Shown here piece after piece: positions 35,430 through 45,219 of a DNA stretch of 59,812 nt. Location: assembly GCA_001805445.1 (NCBI GenBank), contig MHGF01000036.1, positions 96,010-155,821 on the forward strand. The letters run 5' to 3'. How positions within the stretch are numbered: position 1 is the first letter of the stretch; the number at the start of each line of letters is the position of its first letter. The notes under the pieces are model-generated. The model did not search any database, was not told the DNA's origin, and saw nothing but the letters and a program-made list of their open reading frames with translations. The DNA is from Omnitrophica WOR_2 bacterium GWF2_43_52. GTDB taxonomy: Bacteria; Omnitrophota; Gorgyraeia; Gygaellales; UBA12090. A program made the translations under genes and the position numbers.

Positions 35430-36110
35430 GTGAAATTAAGCATTATAATCCCGGCGTATAACGAAGTGAAGACAATTGTTAATGTCCTGAAGCGGATTTT
35501 TGCTTTAAAAACGGATTTAGATTTTGAGGTGATTATAGTCGATGATGGCTCAAAAGACGCTACGGGCAAAGCAGTGAAAAGCTCAGGATTTCCCCTTGTG
35601 TATATTCGCCAGGAAATCAATATCGGCAAGGGGGCGGCGATAAAAAGAGGGATTCGGGAAGCCACAGGAGACATTATTCTTATTCAGGATGCCGACTCGG
35701 AATATGATCCCAAGGATTATCCTGAGTTGGTAAAGCCGATTTTATCTCAAGAGGCAGAGGTGGTCTATGGCTCGCGCATACGTAATAAAGAGAACGCGTA
35801 TTCTTATAAGCGTTATTATTGGGGAGGAAGGCTTTTAAGCTGGTGGACAAATTTTCTTTACGGCTCACGCATAACAGATGAAGCCACCGGGTATAAGGTT
35901 TTTAAGGCGGGAGTATTAAAATCGATGAGGCTTCATTGCCGCGGTTTTGAATTTTGCCCCGAGGTTACCGCGAAGATATTACGACAGGGAATTAAAATTA
36001 AAGAGGTGCCTATTTCTTATTATCCCAGAAGCATTGAAGAAGGAAAGAAAATTTCATGGAAAGATGGAGTAATCGCGCTGTGGACATTGTTAAGGCTGCG
36101 TTTTTATTAA
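35430..36110 (+). CDS. Family 2 glycosyltransferase (polyprenyl-phosphate glycosyl synthase-like)
   Basis: 226 aa, GTG start. [29 protein letters not shown]. Confidence 0.82.
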   Translation: MKLSIIIPAYNEVKTIVNVLKRIFALKTDLDFEVIIVDDGSKDATGKAVKSSGFPLVYIRQEINIGKGAAIKRGIREATGDIILIQDADSEYDPKDYPELVKPILSQEAEVVYGSRIRNKENAYSYKRYYWGGRLLSWWTNFLYGSRITDEATGYKVFKAGVLKSMRLHCRGFEFCPEVTAKILRQGIKIKEVPISYYPRSIEEGKKISWKDGVIALWTLLRLRFY

Positions 36111-36139
36111 ATAGGTAAAGCTGATAGGGGAATTTTCGA

Positions 36140-38095
36140 GTGAAAAATATACTGTATGTTTCCCCCTACGCGCATATTGGCGGGGGCGAATTGAGCCTGC
36201 TGGCTATCTTAAAGAATCTTAACCGTGAGGTTTTTAAGGTTGAAGTGGTATGCTATGAAGAAGGGCAGTTTGTGGAAAGGATAAAAGAAACAGGTATCAC
36301 CTGCAAAGTTATTAAAAGAAATTCATTCTTTTCTAATTTTTCCATTGTTGGCAGTATCTATTGGCTTATCAGAAAAAAGAAGATTAATCTGGTATGTGTG
36401 AATTCTCTTGATATAAGGGCGGGCTTTGCCGCGTATCTGGCGGGGGTGCCTTTTTTAGGGCATTTGAGGATTATTTTTCCTTTTGCCTGGCCAGACTTTT
36501 TATTTGTCCGTTTATCCGCGAGAATTATGGCGGTATCACATGCTGTAGTCGATGGATTCTGCGCGCATTACCCGCAGTTGAGGAGTAAGTTTGTAGTGCT
36601 GCTTAACGCGGTAGAGATGCCCCTTGGTATTATCCCTGTTCCGCTCCGGGATGAATTCGGCCTTTCGAACAACGCGTGGCTTATTGGTATGGTAGGAAGG
36701 ATTGATCCCTACAAGGGGCATGCTGTCTTTGTTGACGCGGCGCGGCTTATAAAAAAGGGAATCCCTGAGGCCGTCTTTTTTATAGTGGGAGAGGAAGCAC
36801 ATGATCAAGAAGGCAGTCACTATGTGTCGGTTTTAAAAGAACGCATTACTACATGTGGTTTATCCGAGAGTTTTGTCTTTAGCGGTTTCCGTCAGGATAT
36901 CATGAACGTTATTTCGGCTTTGGATACGGTAGTCATCCCTTCATTGGAATTAAAGAAGAAAGGGGGGGTACTCAAAGAGGGGTTTGGCCGTGTAGCTGTT
37001 GAAGCGGCTGTCTGTGGCGTTCCGGTAGTGGCATCAAAGGTCGGGGGATTAAAAGAAATAATCCAAGACGCGGTTACAGGGATTCTGGTGTCTGCCGATA
37101 ACCCTCAAGAATTGGCGGAGGGCGTCGTTACTGTGTTTAAAGATAAAGAAAAGAGGCTCTCTATCATACATGAAGCAAGAAAAAATGCGCGATTATTATA
37201 TGGCCTTTCCGGCCATATGAGGGCTTTAGAAGGTATCTATTGTTCTGTCTTAGGAATAAAACAGGACAATGATAATCCGTGTATGGCCTGCGGCAATACT
37301 TATTTTGGGCGCCTTGAGCAGGATAGCGGCTATGAGGTCTTGCAATGTGTAAGGTGCGGGCTTTCATATGTTGACCCTCTGCCTCCGGAAGAGCTGCTTA
37401 AGGAACGTTATTCGCGCGATTATTATAAGCCTTGGCTTGTGAGGCAGAGAAAAGCCCGCGTAAGAATGTGGAAGAGGCGGATAAAAATAGTAAATCGCTT
37501 TTTTAATAATGCCGGCAGACTTTTAGATGTAGGCTGCGGTGAAGGATTATTCCTGGAACTATCCAAGGCTGATGGTTGGGATGTTACCGGGACTGAATTT
37601 TCTTCGTTCGCGGTACACTATATCAAAGAAAAGCTCGGGATAGAGGCGTATGAAGGCGATGTGACGGACATCGACGTGGGCTCTGAAAAGTTTGACGCCG
37701 TTACCTTGTGGCATGTGTTAGAACACACAAAGAATCCCCTGGAGGTATTAAAAAAAATAAGGGATATTATCAGTGATAACGGCGTTTTGATTGTAGCTGT
37801 CCCCAACCTTAATAATAAAATATCTCAAGTAATATATAGGTTCTTAAAAGGGAAGCGGCTCCATCTTTTTAGCCCTGCTGACCGCGAGTTGCATCTGGTC
37901 TTTTTTACTCCCGCGTCGATACGGATGGTTTTGGATAAGGCTGGGTTTGACGTTATAGAGGTGGTTCCTGATTATGGGTGTATCAGATGGCAAGAACGCC
38001 TGTTGAATAGCGTGAATAGGTTGTTTTATTTAATTTCCGGGCAGATGGTTTTTGACGCTTTTGAGGTGCACGCCAGGCCCCGGGAGCGAGGGTAA
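36140..38095 (+). CDS. Fusion protein: GT4 glycosyltransferase + Zn-ribbon + class I SAM methyltransferase
   Basis: 651 aa. EGFGRVAVEAAVCGVPVVASKVGG (GT4), CMACG...CVRCG (Zn-ribbon), LLDVGCGEGLFL...VTLWHVLEHT (methyltransferase). Confidence 0.8.
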   Translation: MKNILYVSPYAHIGGGELSLLAILKNLNREVFKVEVVCYEEGQFVERIKETGITCKVIKRNSFFSNFSIVGSIYWLIRKKKINLVCVNSLDIRAGFAAYLAGVPFLGHLRIIFPFAWPDFLFVRLSARIMAVSHAVVDGFCAHYPQLRSKFVVLLNAVEMPLGIIPVPLRDEFGLSNNAWLIGMVGRIDPYKGHAVFVDAARLIKKGIPEAVFFIVGEEAHDQEGSHYVSVLKERITTCGLSESFVFSGFRQDIMNVISALDTVVIPSLELKKKGGVLKEGFGRVAVEAAVCGVPVVASKVGGLKEIIQDAVTGILVSADNPQELAEGVVTVFKDKEKRLSIIHEARKNARLLYGLSGHMRALEGIYCSVLGIKQDNDNPCMACGNTYFGRLEQDSGYEVLQCVRCGLSYVDPLPPEELLKERYSRDYYKPWLVRQRKARVRMWKRRIKIVNRFFNNAGRLLDVGCGEGLFLELSKADGWDVTGTEFSSFAVHYIKEKLGIEAYEGDVTDIDVGSEKFDAVTLWHVLEHTKNPLEVLKKIRDIISDNGVLIVAVPNLNNKISQVIYRFLKGKRLHLFSPADRELHLVFFTPASIRMVLDKAGFDVIEVVPDYGCIRWQERLLNSVNRLFYLISGQMVFDAFEVHARPRERG

Positions 38096-39285
38096 TGAAG
38101 AAGCTCATAATGATCCCGCATTTTCTCGATAACCTGGACTGCTTCAGGATAACAGAGGTGAGAGCGGTTAAGGCGTTGAGGGCTCTTTACCTTGCGTTAA
38201 GGTATGGAGCCCTCTTGCCTTTTTTAATTTCTAGAAGAACAGAGGTTGTTAAGCCAGAAGACATAAAAAAGATAGTGGTTCTGCGTTATGACAGGATAGG
38301 GGATATGGTTTTAACAACGCCTCTCTTTGAAGGTTTAAAGAGAAAATTCCCTTCCAGCTTTCTTATCGTTGTTGCCTCTGAAGCAAATAAAGAAATTATA
38401 AGCAATAACCCTTATGTAGACCGCGTTGAGGTATATGAGGGCAGACGGTGGTTTATTGAAAAATTTAGAAAAGAAAAAATAGATCTGGCTGTCGATGTGT
38501 TTTATACCTATGAATTAAAACAAGCGTTCTTAACCTATCTAGCAGGGGCACGATATAGGATAGGGTTTCACAACGCGGGCAGAGAAGTTTTTTTTAATCT
38601 TAAAGGGCCGCGCGAGGATACACGCAGGCCTATGCTTAAGAATATTGTGGTGTTAGGAGAAATGTTGGGGATAGATATGAAAGGTATCAGCCCAAAGCTG
38701 TATGTGTCCGAGAAAGAGGCCTTATGGGCGCAAGAGCATCTTCCTGCCAATGCGCAAGCGCCAAGCGTTTTAAATATTGCGATTCATCCCGGAGCAAATT
38801 ATCCCAGCCAGAGGTGGGAGAAAGAGAAATTCGCGGAAATAGCCGCATGGATAAAAGAAAAATCTTTGGGAAGAGTGATTCTTTTTGGAGATAGAAAAGA
38901 AGAAGGTTTGATTGATTATATTAGAAGCCGCGCAGGGGTGGATGAGGCGGATGTCTTCACGTGCTTAGGGTTAAGGCAGTTCATCGCGCTCTTAGGCAGG
39001 TGCGATCTTTTAATTTGCAATAATTCCGGGCCTTTACATATAGCTATGGCGCTCACTATCCCTACTCTATCAATGATGGGGCCTACAGAGCCGGGGCTTT
39101 GGCAGCCGCGGGGAGATAGCCATAGCGTGATTTACAAGGGCCTGGCATGCAGCCCTTGCTCCCGCGGGGAGTGTACAGCGCATACATGCATGGAATTGAT
39201 AAGCGTGGAAGAGGTGCGAGAGGCTGTCCGTAAAAAAATAAGCGCAATAAGAGGAGAAAATGGGAATGATAATTCACACGGCTGA
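38095..39285 (+). CDS. Family 9 glycosyltransferase (heptosyltransferase-like), copy 1
   Basis: 396 aa. IVVLRYDRIGDMVLTTPLFEGLKRKFP and LLICNNSGPLHIAMAL. Confidence 0.75.
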   Translation: MKKLIMIPHFLDNLDCFRITEVRAVKALRALYLALRYGALLPFLISRRTEVVKPEDIKKIVVLRYDRIGDMVLTTPLFEGLKRKFPSSFLIVVASEANKEIISNNPYVDRVEVYEGRRWFIEKFRKEKIDLAVDVFYTYELKQAFLTYLAGARYRIGFHNAGREVFFNLKGPREDTRRPMLKNIVVLGEMLGIDMKGISPKLYVSEKEALWAQEHLPANAQAPSVLNIAIHPGANYPSQRWEKEKFAEIAAWIKEKSLGRVILFGDRKEEGLIDYIRSRAGVDEADVFTCLGLRQFIALLGRCDLLICNNSGPLHIAMALTIPTLSMMGPTEPGLWQPRGDSHSVIYKGLACSPCSRGECTAHTCMELISVEEVREAVRKKISAIRGENGNDNSHG

Positions 39286-40513
39286 AGATAAGCGCGTCCT
39301 CTATCTAAAATATTTCTTATGCCTTGTTGTTGGCTTTGCTTTCCTTACCTACCTGCACGATGTCGTCAAGGAGGCGCTGACAAGCCCGCTTAAAGATTTT
39401 TATCATTATTTTATGAATACGAAGTTATTGCTGCAGGGCTATGATATATGGAAAACAGATTCACCTGAGCTTATAGCGCAAACAAACCTGATGGTTTCAC
39501 AGTTCGGAGTTTCAGGCAAAGCGGAGGTTCTTCATTCGATGGGGTTTTTTCTTATTTTTTCTCCCTTTACCTTTTTAGCCCCTAAGGCTGCCTCACTGGT
39601 ATGGGTTATGGTATGCCAGATTTCTTTTATCCTTTCAATAGCCGTCATTGTTACATCGTTAGAAAAATTTGATATTTGGAAAGCGCTTTGCGCGGCGTTC
39701 TTGGCGTTTAGTTTTTGGCCCTTAAGGGAAGACCTGCATCTTGGCCAGCCTAACGCTCTCATTCTTTTCTTGTTTTCCTTATCGCTTTTGTCCTTGAAAC
39801 ATAAAAAGTTCCTGCTCGCGGGTATTTTTCTGGGATTAGGCATACAGGTAAAGGAGATCTTTTTACCAATGCTGTTATTTTGCGCGCGTAAAAAATATTG
39901 GAAATCGTTGGCAGGAGCGCTCACGAGTATTTTGTTTATTAAGGGTGCCGCCATTTTTGCCTTTGGAATCGATAAGGAGCTGTCCTATTGGAAACATCAG
40001 CTCTCTTTTTTCTCTCCAGTATTGAATTACACATCGGCGGATGGAGGGATAGATTATGTGAGCATGAGTGTTATAGATTTATGGCATAGATTGTCTGATG
40101 GCTTGCTGCAGGCAGGGATGAGCCAGTTTCTTATAATCATTTTCTTTTCTTTTATTCTTTGGAGGGCATGGAAACTGACGGCTGAAAATAGCCTTGCGCC
40201 TGAAAGACTACCATTAGAATTCTCATGCTTTGTGCTTCTTTGTTTTATATTCAGCCCCTGGATCCATGAGACACATTTTATCGTGTTAGTGCTTCCTTTG
40301 TTAGCTTCGTGGTTGGCTATTGCCCATAGGCCATCGCATAAAGGCTTTATTCTGTTCTCTATCGCGTATTGTATAGTAGGCCTAAAATATTCGTTTATTA
40401 GTTTCCCCATTTTCGCGCGCGGCATACTGGCATCGTTGTTAGCTGTTAAAGCGATAGGATTCCTGATCCTCTTTTTCCTGATTAATAGCTTGCTTAGGGC
40501 GGATGCGCGTTAG
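39260..40513 (+). CDS. Polytopic membrane protein, possibly GT-C type (DUF2029/GT87-like)
   Basis: 417 aa, many TM segments. The loop GQPNALILF...GIFLGLGIQVKEIFLPMLLF resembles polyprenol-dependent glycosyltransferases. Family assignment is weak. Confidence 0.45.
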   Translation: MGMIIHTAEDKRVLYLKYFLCLVVGFAFLTYLHDVVKEALTSPLKDFYHYFMNTKLLLQGYDIWKTDSPELIAQTNLMVSQFGVSGKAEVLHSMGFFLIFSPFTFLAPKAASLVWVMVCQISFILSIAVIVTSLEKFDIWKALCAAFLAFSFWPLREDLHLGQPNALILFLFSLSLLSLKHKKFLLAGIFLGLGIQVKEIFLPMLLFCARKKYWKSLAGALTSILFIKGAAIFAFGIDKELSYWKHQLSFFSPVLNYTSADGGIDYVSMSVIDLWHRLSDGLLQAGMSQFLIIIFFSFILWRAWKLTAENSLAPERLPLEFSCFVLLCFIFSPWIHETHFIVLVLPLLASWLAIAHRPSHKGFILFSIAYCIVGLKYSFISFPIFARGILASLLAVKAIGFLILFFLINSLLRADAR

Positions 40514-40592
40514 AAGCGAGGGCGGTATTTAATTTTAGTAAACAAAAGAAATGTAAGGTGGAAAAGTTGCCGGGTACTCAGCTTGTACGTAT

Positions 40593-41642
40593 ATGGAATT
40601 AACACAGGTTAAAAGAATTATTATCATTAATTTAGGGGGGATAGGAGATATCCTTTTATCCACGCCGGCCTTAAGGGCGTTAAAGCAGCAATTCCCTCAG
40701 AGTGAAATGTCAATCTTAATCTTTCGGCAAAGTTATGCAGCAGTTACTGGCCTGCCGTATATTGAAAACATCCTTTGCCTTGAGCATGGCCTCCGGGTAA
40801 CCGCTCTCTGTAAGAATTTATTAGTAGTATGGAAACTGCGCAAAAGGCATTTTTGCCTGGCGGTCAATATGCGCACGATGCTTTCGCAAAGAAGCGCTGG
40901 GAAGGTAAAAGTACTGCTAGACATTATCAATCCAGGGATTAAGGCCGGAAGGGATACTGAGGGCAGGGGTAGTTTCCTGGATATAAAGATTCCGGAGACA
41001 GAGAGAGGCGAGAAATATGAAATGGAATATGATATAGAGATAGCGCGGGCGCTAGGAGCAGAGGTCAAGGATAGAAATATTGACTTTGAAATTGAGCCTG
41101 TGGCCATAGAAAAAGTCAATAAGCTGCTTAGTGAACATGGGGTTTTGCCGCAAGATTTGGTTATTGGGATTCATCCTGGGGGAAAGCCTTCGCATCGCTG
41201 GCCGTTAGAAGATTTCTCGCGCGTTATAGATGAAATCAGCAAGAGAATAGATTGTAAATTTATTGCTACCGGAAGCCATGATGAAACAGCCTTGGGGGAA
41301 CGTTTAAAAGTAGAGGCGAAAGGAAAACTGATAAATTTTTCCGGCAGGCTTACCCTTAAAGAGCTGGGGGCTTTCATTAAAAGGTGCAGTGTGTATATCT
41401 GCAATGATACCGCACCTATGCACATCGCGGCACTACTGAAGGTGCCGATGGTGGCGCTTTTTACCGCAGGCTACCTGACGCGTTTTGACCCGCGTCACAT
41501 TTCGGATAAGGCAATAGTGTTGCAGAGCAATGCGGAGTGCGCTCCTTGCGATAAGGTAACCTGTAGTTCACTGAAGTGCCTGGTGGCAATTACGCCTGAG
41601 GAAGTGGTTCAGGCGGTTACTTTGCTGTTGGATAAGAAATGA
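40593..41642 (+). CDS. Family 9 glycosyltransferase (heptosyltransferase-like), copy 2
   Basis: 349 aa. IIIINLGGIGDILLSTPALRALKQQFP and VYICNDTAPMHIAAAL. Confidence 0.75.
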   Translation: MELTQVKRIIIINLGGIGDILLSTPALRALKQQFPQSEMSILIFRQSYAAVTGLPYIENILCLEHGLRVTALCKNLLVVWKLRKRHFCLAVNMRTMLSQRSAGKVKVLLDIINPGIKAGRDTEGRGSFLDIKIPETERGEKYEMEYDIEIARALGAEVKDRNIDFEIEPVAIEKVNKLLSEHGVLPQDLVIGIHPGGKPSHRWPLEDFSRVIDEISKRIDCKFIATGSHDETALGERLKVEAKGKLINFSGRLTLKELGAFIKRCSVYICNDTAPMHIAALLKVPMVALFTAGYLTRFDPRHISDKAIVLQSNAECAPCDKVTCSSLKCLVAITPEEVVQAVTLLLDKK

Positions 41643-42310
41643 ACCTGATTGAAAAGGCATATCTGTGGCTGCGCGATATTTCTTCTAAACGGGAAGAACA
41701 AGGGATGTATTCTGCCGGCTATTGGCAGAATAAGGTGAGAGGACAAATCCTTAGGATGCTTTCCAGAGGGCAAGGAAGGCTTTTAGAACTCGGTTGCGGG
41801 GAAGGGTTATTTTTATCACAGCTTGATACGACTAATGCTAAGATACAGCTCTGGGGTGTTGACCGCTGGGAGGAGGCGCTGCAGCATACAAAAAAAAGAT
41901 TCAATGAGGAAAATAGCAAGGCTATTCGTTTGGTAAACGCCGATGCCAATAAGCTGCCGTTTAAAGATGGGATGTTTGACGTGGTAGTATGCGCGAATCT
42001 TTTAATCTGCGTGGAATCTGTATCGGTTGTTCGCTCCATTATTCAAGAGGCAGAAAGGGTTTGCCGTAAGAATGGAACGTTCATTGTTGAATTCCGCAAT
42101 AAGAAAAATATGTTGCTTTGGTTAAAATACTCTTTGGCGAAATATTACGATACGACTACCAAGAGCCACCCCTTAAGCACCTATGATTATGATGCAATGG
42201 TAAGTATTCTCAAGGAATCAGGATTCGCGGTAATAAAAACGCATGTGATAGATTTTCCCTTGAAGGGTATACCGGTAATTTTTATCCTTGAGGCAAGGAA
42301 GATATGCTAA
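41639..42310 (+). CDS. Class I SAM-dependent methyltransferase
   Basis: 223 aa. LLELGCGEGLFL and FDVVVCANLL. Confidence 0.7.
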   Translation: MNLIEKAYLWLRDISSKREEQGMYSAGYWQNKVRGQILRMLSRGQGRLLELGCGEGLFLSQLDTTNAKIQLWGVDRWEEALQHTKKRFNEENSKAIRLVNADANKLPFKDGMFDVVVCANLLICVESVSVVRSIIQEAERVCRKNGTFIVEFRNKKNMLLWLKYSLAKYYDTTTKSHPLSTYDYDAMVSILKESGFAVIKTHVIDFPLKGIPVIFILEARKIC

Positions 42311-43539
42311 AACGCCTTTCAATTATAGGGCATCCTCTGAGGCTGCCTGATGTAATGCGCGGGACTTCTTCATTTTTTAAGAAGAGAAGCCAGGAGTACT
42401 TTCAACAACAGCTATCAGGCATCCTTGGGCTTAAGTATGTTTTTTGTTTGAGTTCAGGGATTGCTGCGTTTTATGTGATTTTGGAAACGTTGAAGAAATT
42501 ATCAGCGCGAAAAGAGGTGATTGTGCCTTGTTATACCGCGCCGAGCTTAGTAGTGGCGATTCAGAAGGCGGGGTTAACGCCGGTAGTGTGCGATATACGC
42601 TTAACTGATTTCAACGCAGATGGAGATGAGGTCCTTAAAAAAATCAATCAGAATACCCTTTGTATTCTAGGAGTGCATATGTTTGGAATTCCTTGGGTGG
42701 ACATTGTGGATTTAAGAAAGAAGATACCGAAAGACATTTTTATCATAGAGGATTGCGCGCAAGCCTTCGGCTCAAGAATACAGGAAAGAGCGGTGGGGAG
42801 TTTTGGGGATATTTCTTTTTACAGTTTTAACCGCGGGAAAAATTTGCCTACTTACGATGGGGGATGTATTGTGACTAATTCTAAGGCGATCGCTGAATCT
42901 GTTGCAGAAGCTATCGCGGGAATTCCTTCCCTGGGAGCTTTTGCAGGAGTTTTATTAGCGCTGAAAGTATGGGCATTGTATTTTTCTTTTAAACCTTCTT
43001 TTTATAGTATTTTTTATCCGCTTATTGCTTGTTTTAAAGATACCAGTGTTCCTGATGATTTTCGTATAGTCCGTTACACTTCTTTTCAGGCCGGGGTAGG
43101 GAGTTCTTTGTTAGTTCACGCGCAGGAAACATTTACCGCGCGCTGTGAAAACGGGAAGAGATTGATTTCTTTGTTACATGGAATTCCGGAGATTATCTTG
43201 CCTAAAATCCCGGAGAATGTGGTTGCTGTGTTTAACCGGTTTCCCCTTGTTTTTAAAGAGGCACGCCATAGGGACAGGGTGATGGAACGATTACATCGAG
43301 CAGGCATAGAGAGCTCGAAACTATACCTGAAGCCTTTGCATCATATTTTTGATGGTTCGACTACGCTCACCATCAATCCTGAGCGAAGTCGAAGGATTGA
43401 TTTAGGATACAAGAAAGATGATTTCCCTAACGCTGTTTATTTTGCCCAAAGGCTCCTGACGCTGCCAATACATCCGCTGGTTGAGCAAGAAGATATTGAA
43501 GTAATGGCAAGGATAATAAAGGAAGTAGTGAGTAGATAG
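42304..43539 (+). CDS. DegT/DnrJ/EryC1/StrS-family sugar aminotransferase
   Basis: 411 aa. IIEDCAQAFGS, PLP-lysine context FYSFNRGKNL, C-terminal FPNAVYFAQRLLTLPIHP. Carries an in-frame palindromic insertion. Confidence 0.78.
   Translation: MLKRLSIIGHPLRLPDVMRGTSSFFKKRSQEYFQQQLSGILGLKYVFCLSSGIAAFYVILETLKKLSARKEVIVPCYTAPSLVVAIQKAGLTPVVCDIRLTDFNADGDEVLKKINQNTLCILGVHMFGIPWVDIVDLRKKIPKDIFIIEDCAQAFGSRIQERAVGSFGDISFYSFNRGKNLPTYDGGCIVTNSKAIAESVAEAIAGIPSLGAFAGVLLALKVWALYFSFKPSFYSIFYPLIACFKDTSVPDDFRIVRYTSFQAGVGSSLLVHAQETFTARCENGKRLISLLHGIPEIILPKIPENVVAVFNRFPLVFKEARHRDRVMERLHRAGIESSKLYLKPLHHIFDGSTTLTINPERSRRIDLGYKKDDFPNAVYFAQRLLTLPIHPLVEQEDIEVMARIIKEVVSR
43356..43393. repeat. Palindromic element inserted in frame in the aminotransferase CDS
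   Basis: Outer stem TTCGACT (43356-62) with AGTCGAA (43387-93); inner stem CGCTCA with TGAGCG. Encodes STTLTINPERSRR just before the conserved FPNA segment. Confidence 0.7.
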
Positions 43540-43558
43540 TAGAGAGTAGTAAGTAGTC
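43522..43558. repeat. Heptad word repeat GTAGTGA GTAGATA GTAGAGA GTAGTAA GTAGTCA spanning the aminotransferase stop codon
   Basis: Read directly. No complementary arm found nearby. Confidence 0.7.
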
Positions 43559-43574
43559 AAAAAAAGAGAAAACA

Positions 43575-44726
43575 ATGATTCCTTTACGTAATGTAGGGCG
43601 ATTTTTTCAAAAGACGCTAAGGCAGCCGTGGTATGCGTTATCGGTGGGGCTGAAAAGAGCTAAGGCATACTTTGCGTATAATTTTTCAAATGGCACAAGC
43701 GCGTATCCTGAGGCAATTACTTTTTTCTTGACCAGGTTGTGCAATCTGCGCTGTAAGATGTGCGGGCAGTGGGGTGATTCCGGCGCAAGTAAAACGCACG
43801 AGCATAGCGCGCTCAGTACGCGTTTATCTCTTGTTGAGATTAAAAAAGTATTGGATGAAATCTCCCGCTTTAAGCCGCATATTACCATTTTTGGGGGAGA
43901 GCCATTAATGCATCCTGAGGCCTTGGAGATTATGCGCTCCATTAAAGCAAAAGGGCTGCATTGCCTGATTATTACTAACGGAGTAATGTTGAGTAATTTT
44001 GCTGAAAACTTAGTGAACGCGGGTATTGATGAGCTCAATATTTCTATCGATGGACAAAGAGAACTGCATGATCACATCAGGGGGCTTGCGGGCGCGTTTG
44101 ACAAAATCGCAGGCGGCGTTGACAGTATTAACGATTTTAAGAAGAAGTTTTCAAAGAATAAACCGCTTATTAATCTCCAGTGCACTATCAATCAGTATAA
44201 CTATGAGCGTTTAGATGAACTTTTAGAAGTCGCAGCAAGGTTTAAAGCCAATTCTCTTACCTTTCATAACCTTATTTTCTTAAACCAAGGCGCGATTGAG
44301 CGGCAAAAGAAATTCGACGGGCTTTTAGGGTGTTCTTCAAAAGAGTGGGAAGGATTTGTCTTTGAGCCGGGGATAGACCCGCAAAAGTTGTATCAGACGC
44401 TTAAAGCTGTTTTGAGCCAAAAGCATCCCTTTAAGGTCGATTATTTTCCCAACTTTTCTAAGGAATCCTTAACCGCGTATTATGATGACGCGTATATGCC
44501 TGAAAATTATGGCAGACGCTGCGTAAGTCCGTGGATGTGCGCGTATATTTTCCCTGACGGAGAAGTAAAGCCGTGTTTAAACAGCAGTTATTCCTTTGGG
44601 AATATAAAAGAGAATGATTTTTCTGAAATATGGAATAGTAAAAAGGCGGTAGAATTTCGCAGATTGCTGAAGAAAAACAAGATTTTTCCGGCGTGTGTCA
44701 GATGCACGGAATTGTATAGGTATTAA
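43575..44726 (+). CDS. Radical SAM protein with SPASM/twitch-like C-terminal Cys motifs
   Basis: 383 aa. LTRLCNLRCKMCGQWG (CX3CX2C). C-terminal CAYIFPDGEVKPC and CVRC. Confidence 0.82.
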   Translation: MIPLRNVGRFFQKTLRQPWYALSVGLKRAKAYFAYNFSNGTSAYPEAITFFLTRLCNLRCKMCGQWGDSGASKTHEHSALSTRLSLVEIKKVLDEISRFKPHITIFGGEPLMHPEALEIMRSIKAKGLHCLIITNGVMLSNFAENLVNAGIDELNISIDGQRELHDHIRGLAGAFDKIAGGVDSINDFKKKFSKNKPLINLQCTINQYNYERLDELLEVAARFKANSLTFHNLIFLNQGAIERQKKFDGLLGCSSKEWEGFVFEPGIDPQKLYQTLKAVLSQKHPFKVDYFPNFSKESLTAYYDDAYMPENYGRRCVSPWMCAYIFPDGEVKPCLNSSYSFGNIKENDFSEIWNSKKAVEFRRLLKKNKIFPACVRCTELYRY

Positions 44727-44728
44727 CC

Positions 44729-44770
44729 TGCACGAATAGACACAAATTACACACGAATGGACACGAATAA
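44729..44770. repeat. Left arm of CACGAAT-word inverted repeat bracketing the GxxExxY gene
   Basis: TGCACGAATAGACACAAATTACACACGAATGGACACGAATAATG. The gene's ATG (44757) lies inside the arm. Confidence 0.8.
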
Positions 44771-45146
44771 TGATTCAAAAGTAATAGTATATAAAGAGCT
44801 TTCATATAAAATAGTCGGATGCCTCTATGAGGTTTACAACGCTCTCGGGCCAGGACATAAAGAAGATATTTACCAAAAGTCGTTAGCGATAGAATTTAGC
44901 AGTAAACATATAAACTATAGTACTCAAAAGAGACTAGCAATAGAATATCAAGGTAAGAAGGTTGGCGTATATGAACCTGATTTTATAATTGAAGATAAAA
45001 TAATTGTAGAAATAAAATCGGTTTTAACTATGCCAAAGGTATTTGAGAAACAATTGTATTATTATCTTAAAGCCTCCAGTTATAAATTGGGATATTTGGT
45101 TAATTTTGGCGCTGATAGGATAGATATACGCCGGCGAGTAAATTAA
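44757..45146 (+). CDS. GxxExxY protein (PD-(D/E)XK nuclease superfamily)
   Basis: 129 aa. GPGHKEDIYQKSL contains G-x-x-E-x-x-Y. Also DFIIEDKIIVEIKS and YLVNFG, typical of this family, which is known from 23S rRNA intervening sequences. Confidence 0.85.
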   Translation: MDTNNDSKVIVYKELSYKIVGCLYEVYNALGPGHKEDIYQKSLAIEFSSKHINYSTQKRLAIEYQGKKVGVYEPDFIIEDKIIVEIKSVLTMPKVFEKQLYYYLKASSYKLGYLVNFGADRIDIRRRVN

Positions 45147-45215
45147 AATTTGTGTGTATTCGTGTGAGCCATAACATCGTTGATATAAAAATGGCGAATT
45201 CGTGAGGATTCGTGT
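45147..45215. repeat. Right arm(s) of the CACGAAT-word inverted repeat
   Basis: AATTTGTGTGTATTCGTG (45147-45164) is complementary to 44731-44748 at 17 of 18 positions. A second block is GAATTCGTGAGGATTCGTGT (45196-45215). Confidence 0.8.
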
Positions 45216-45219
45216 TTAA

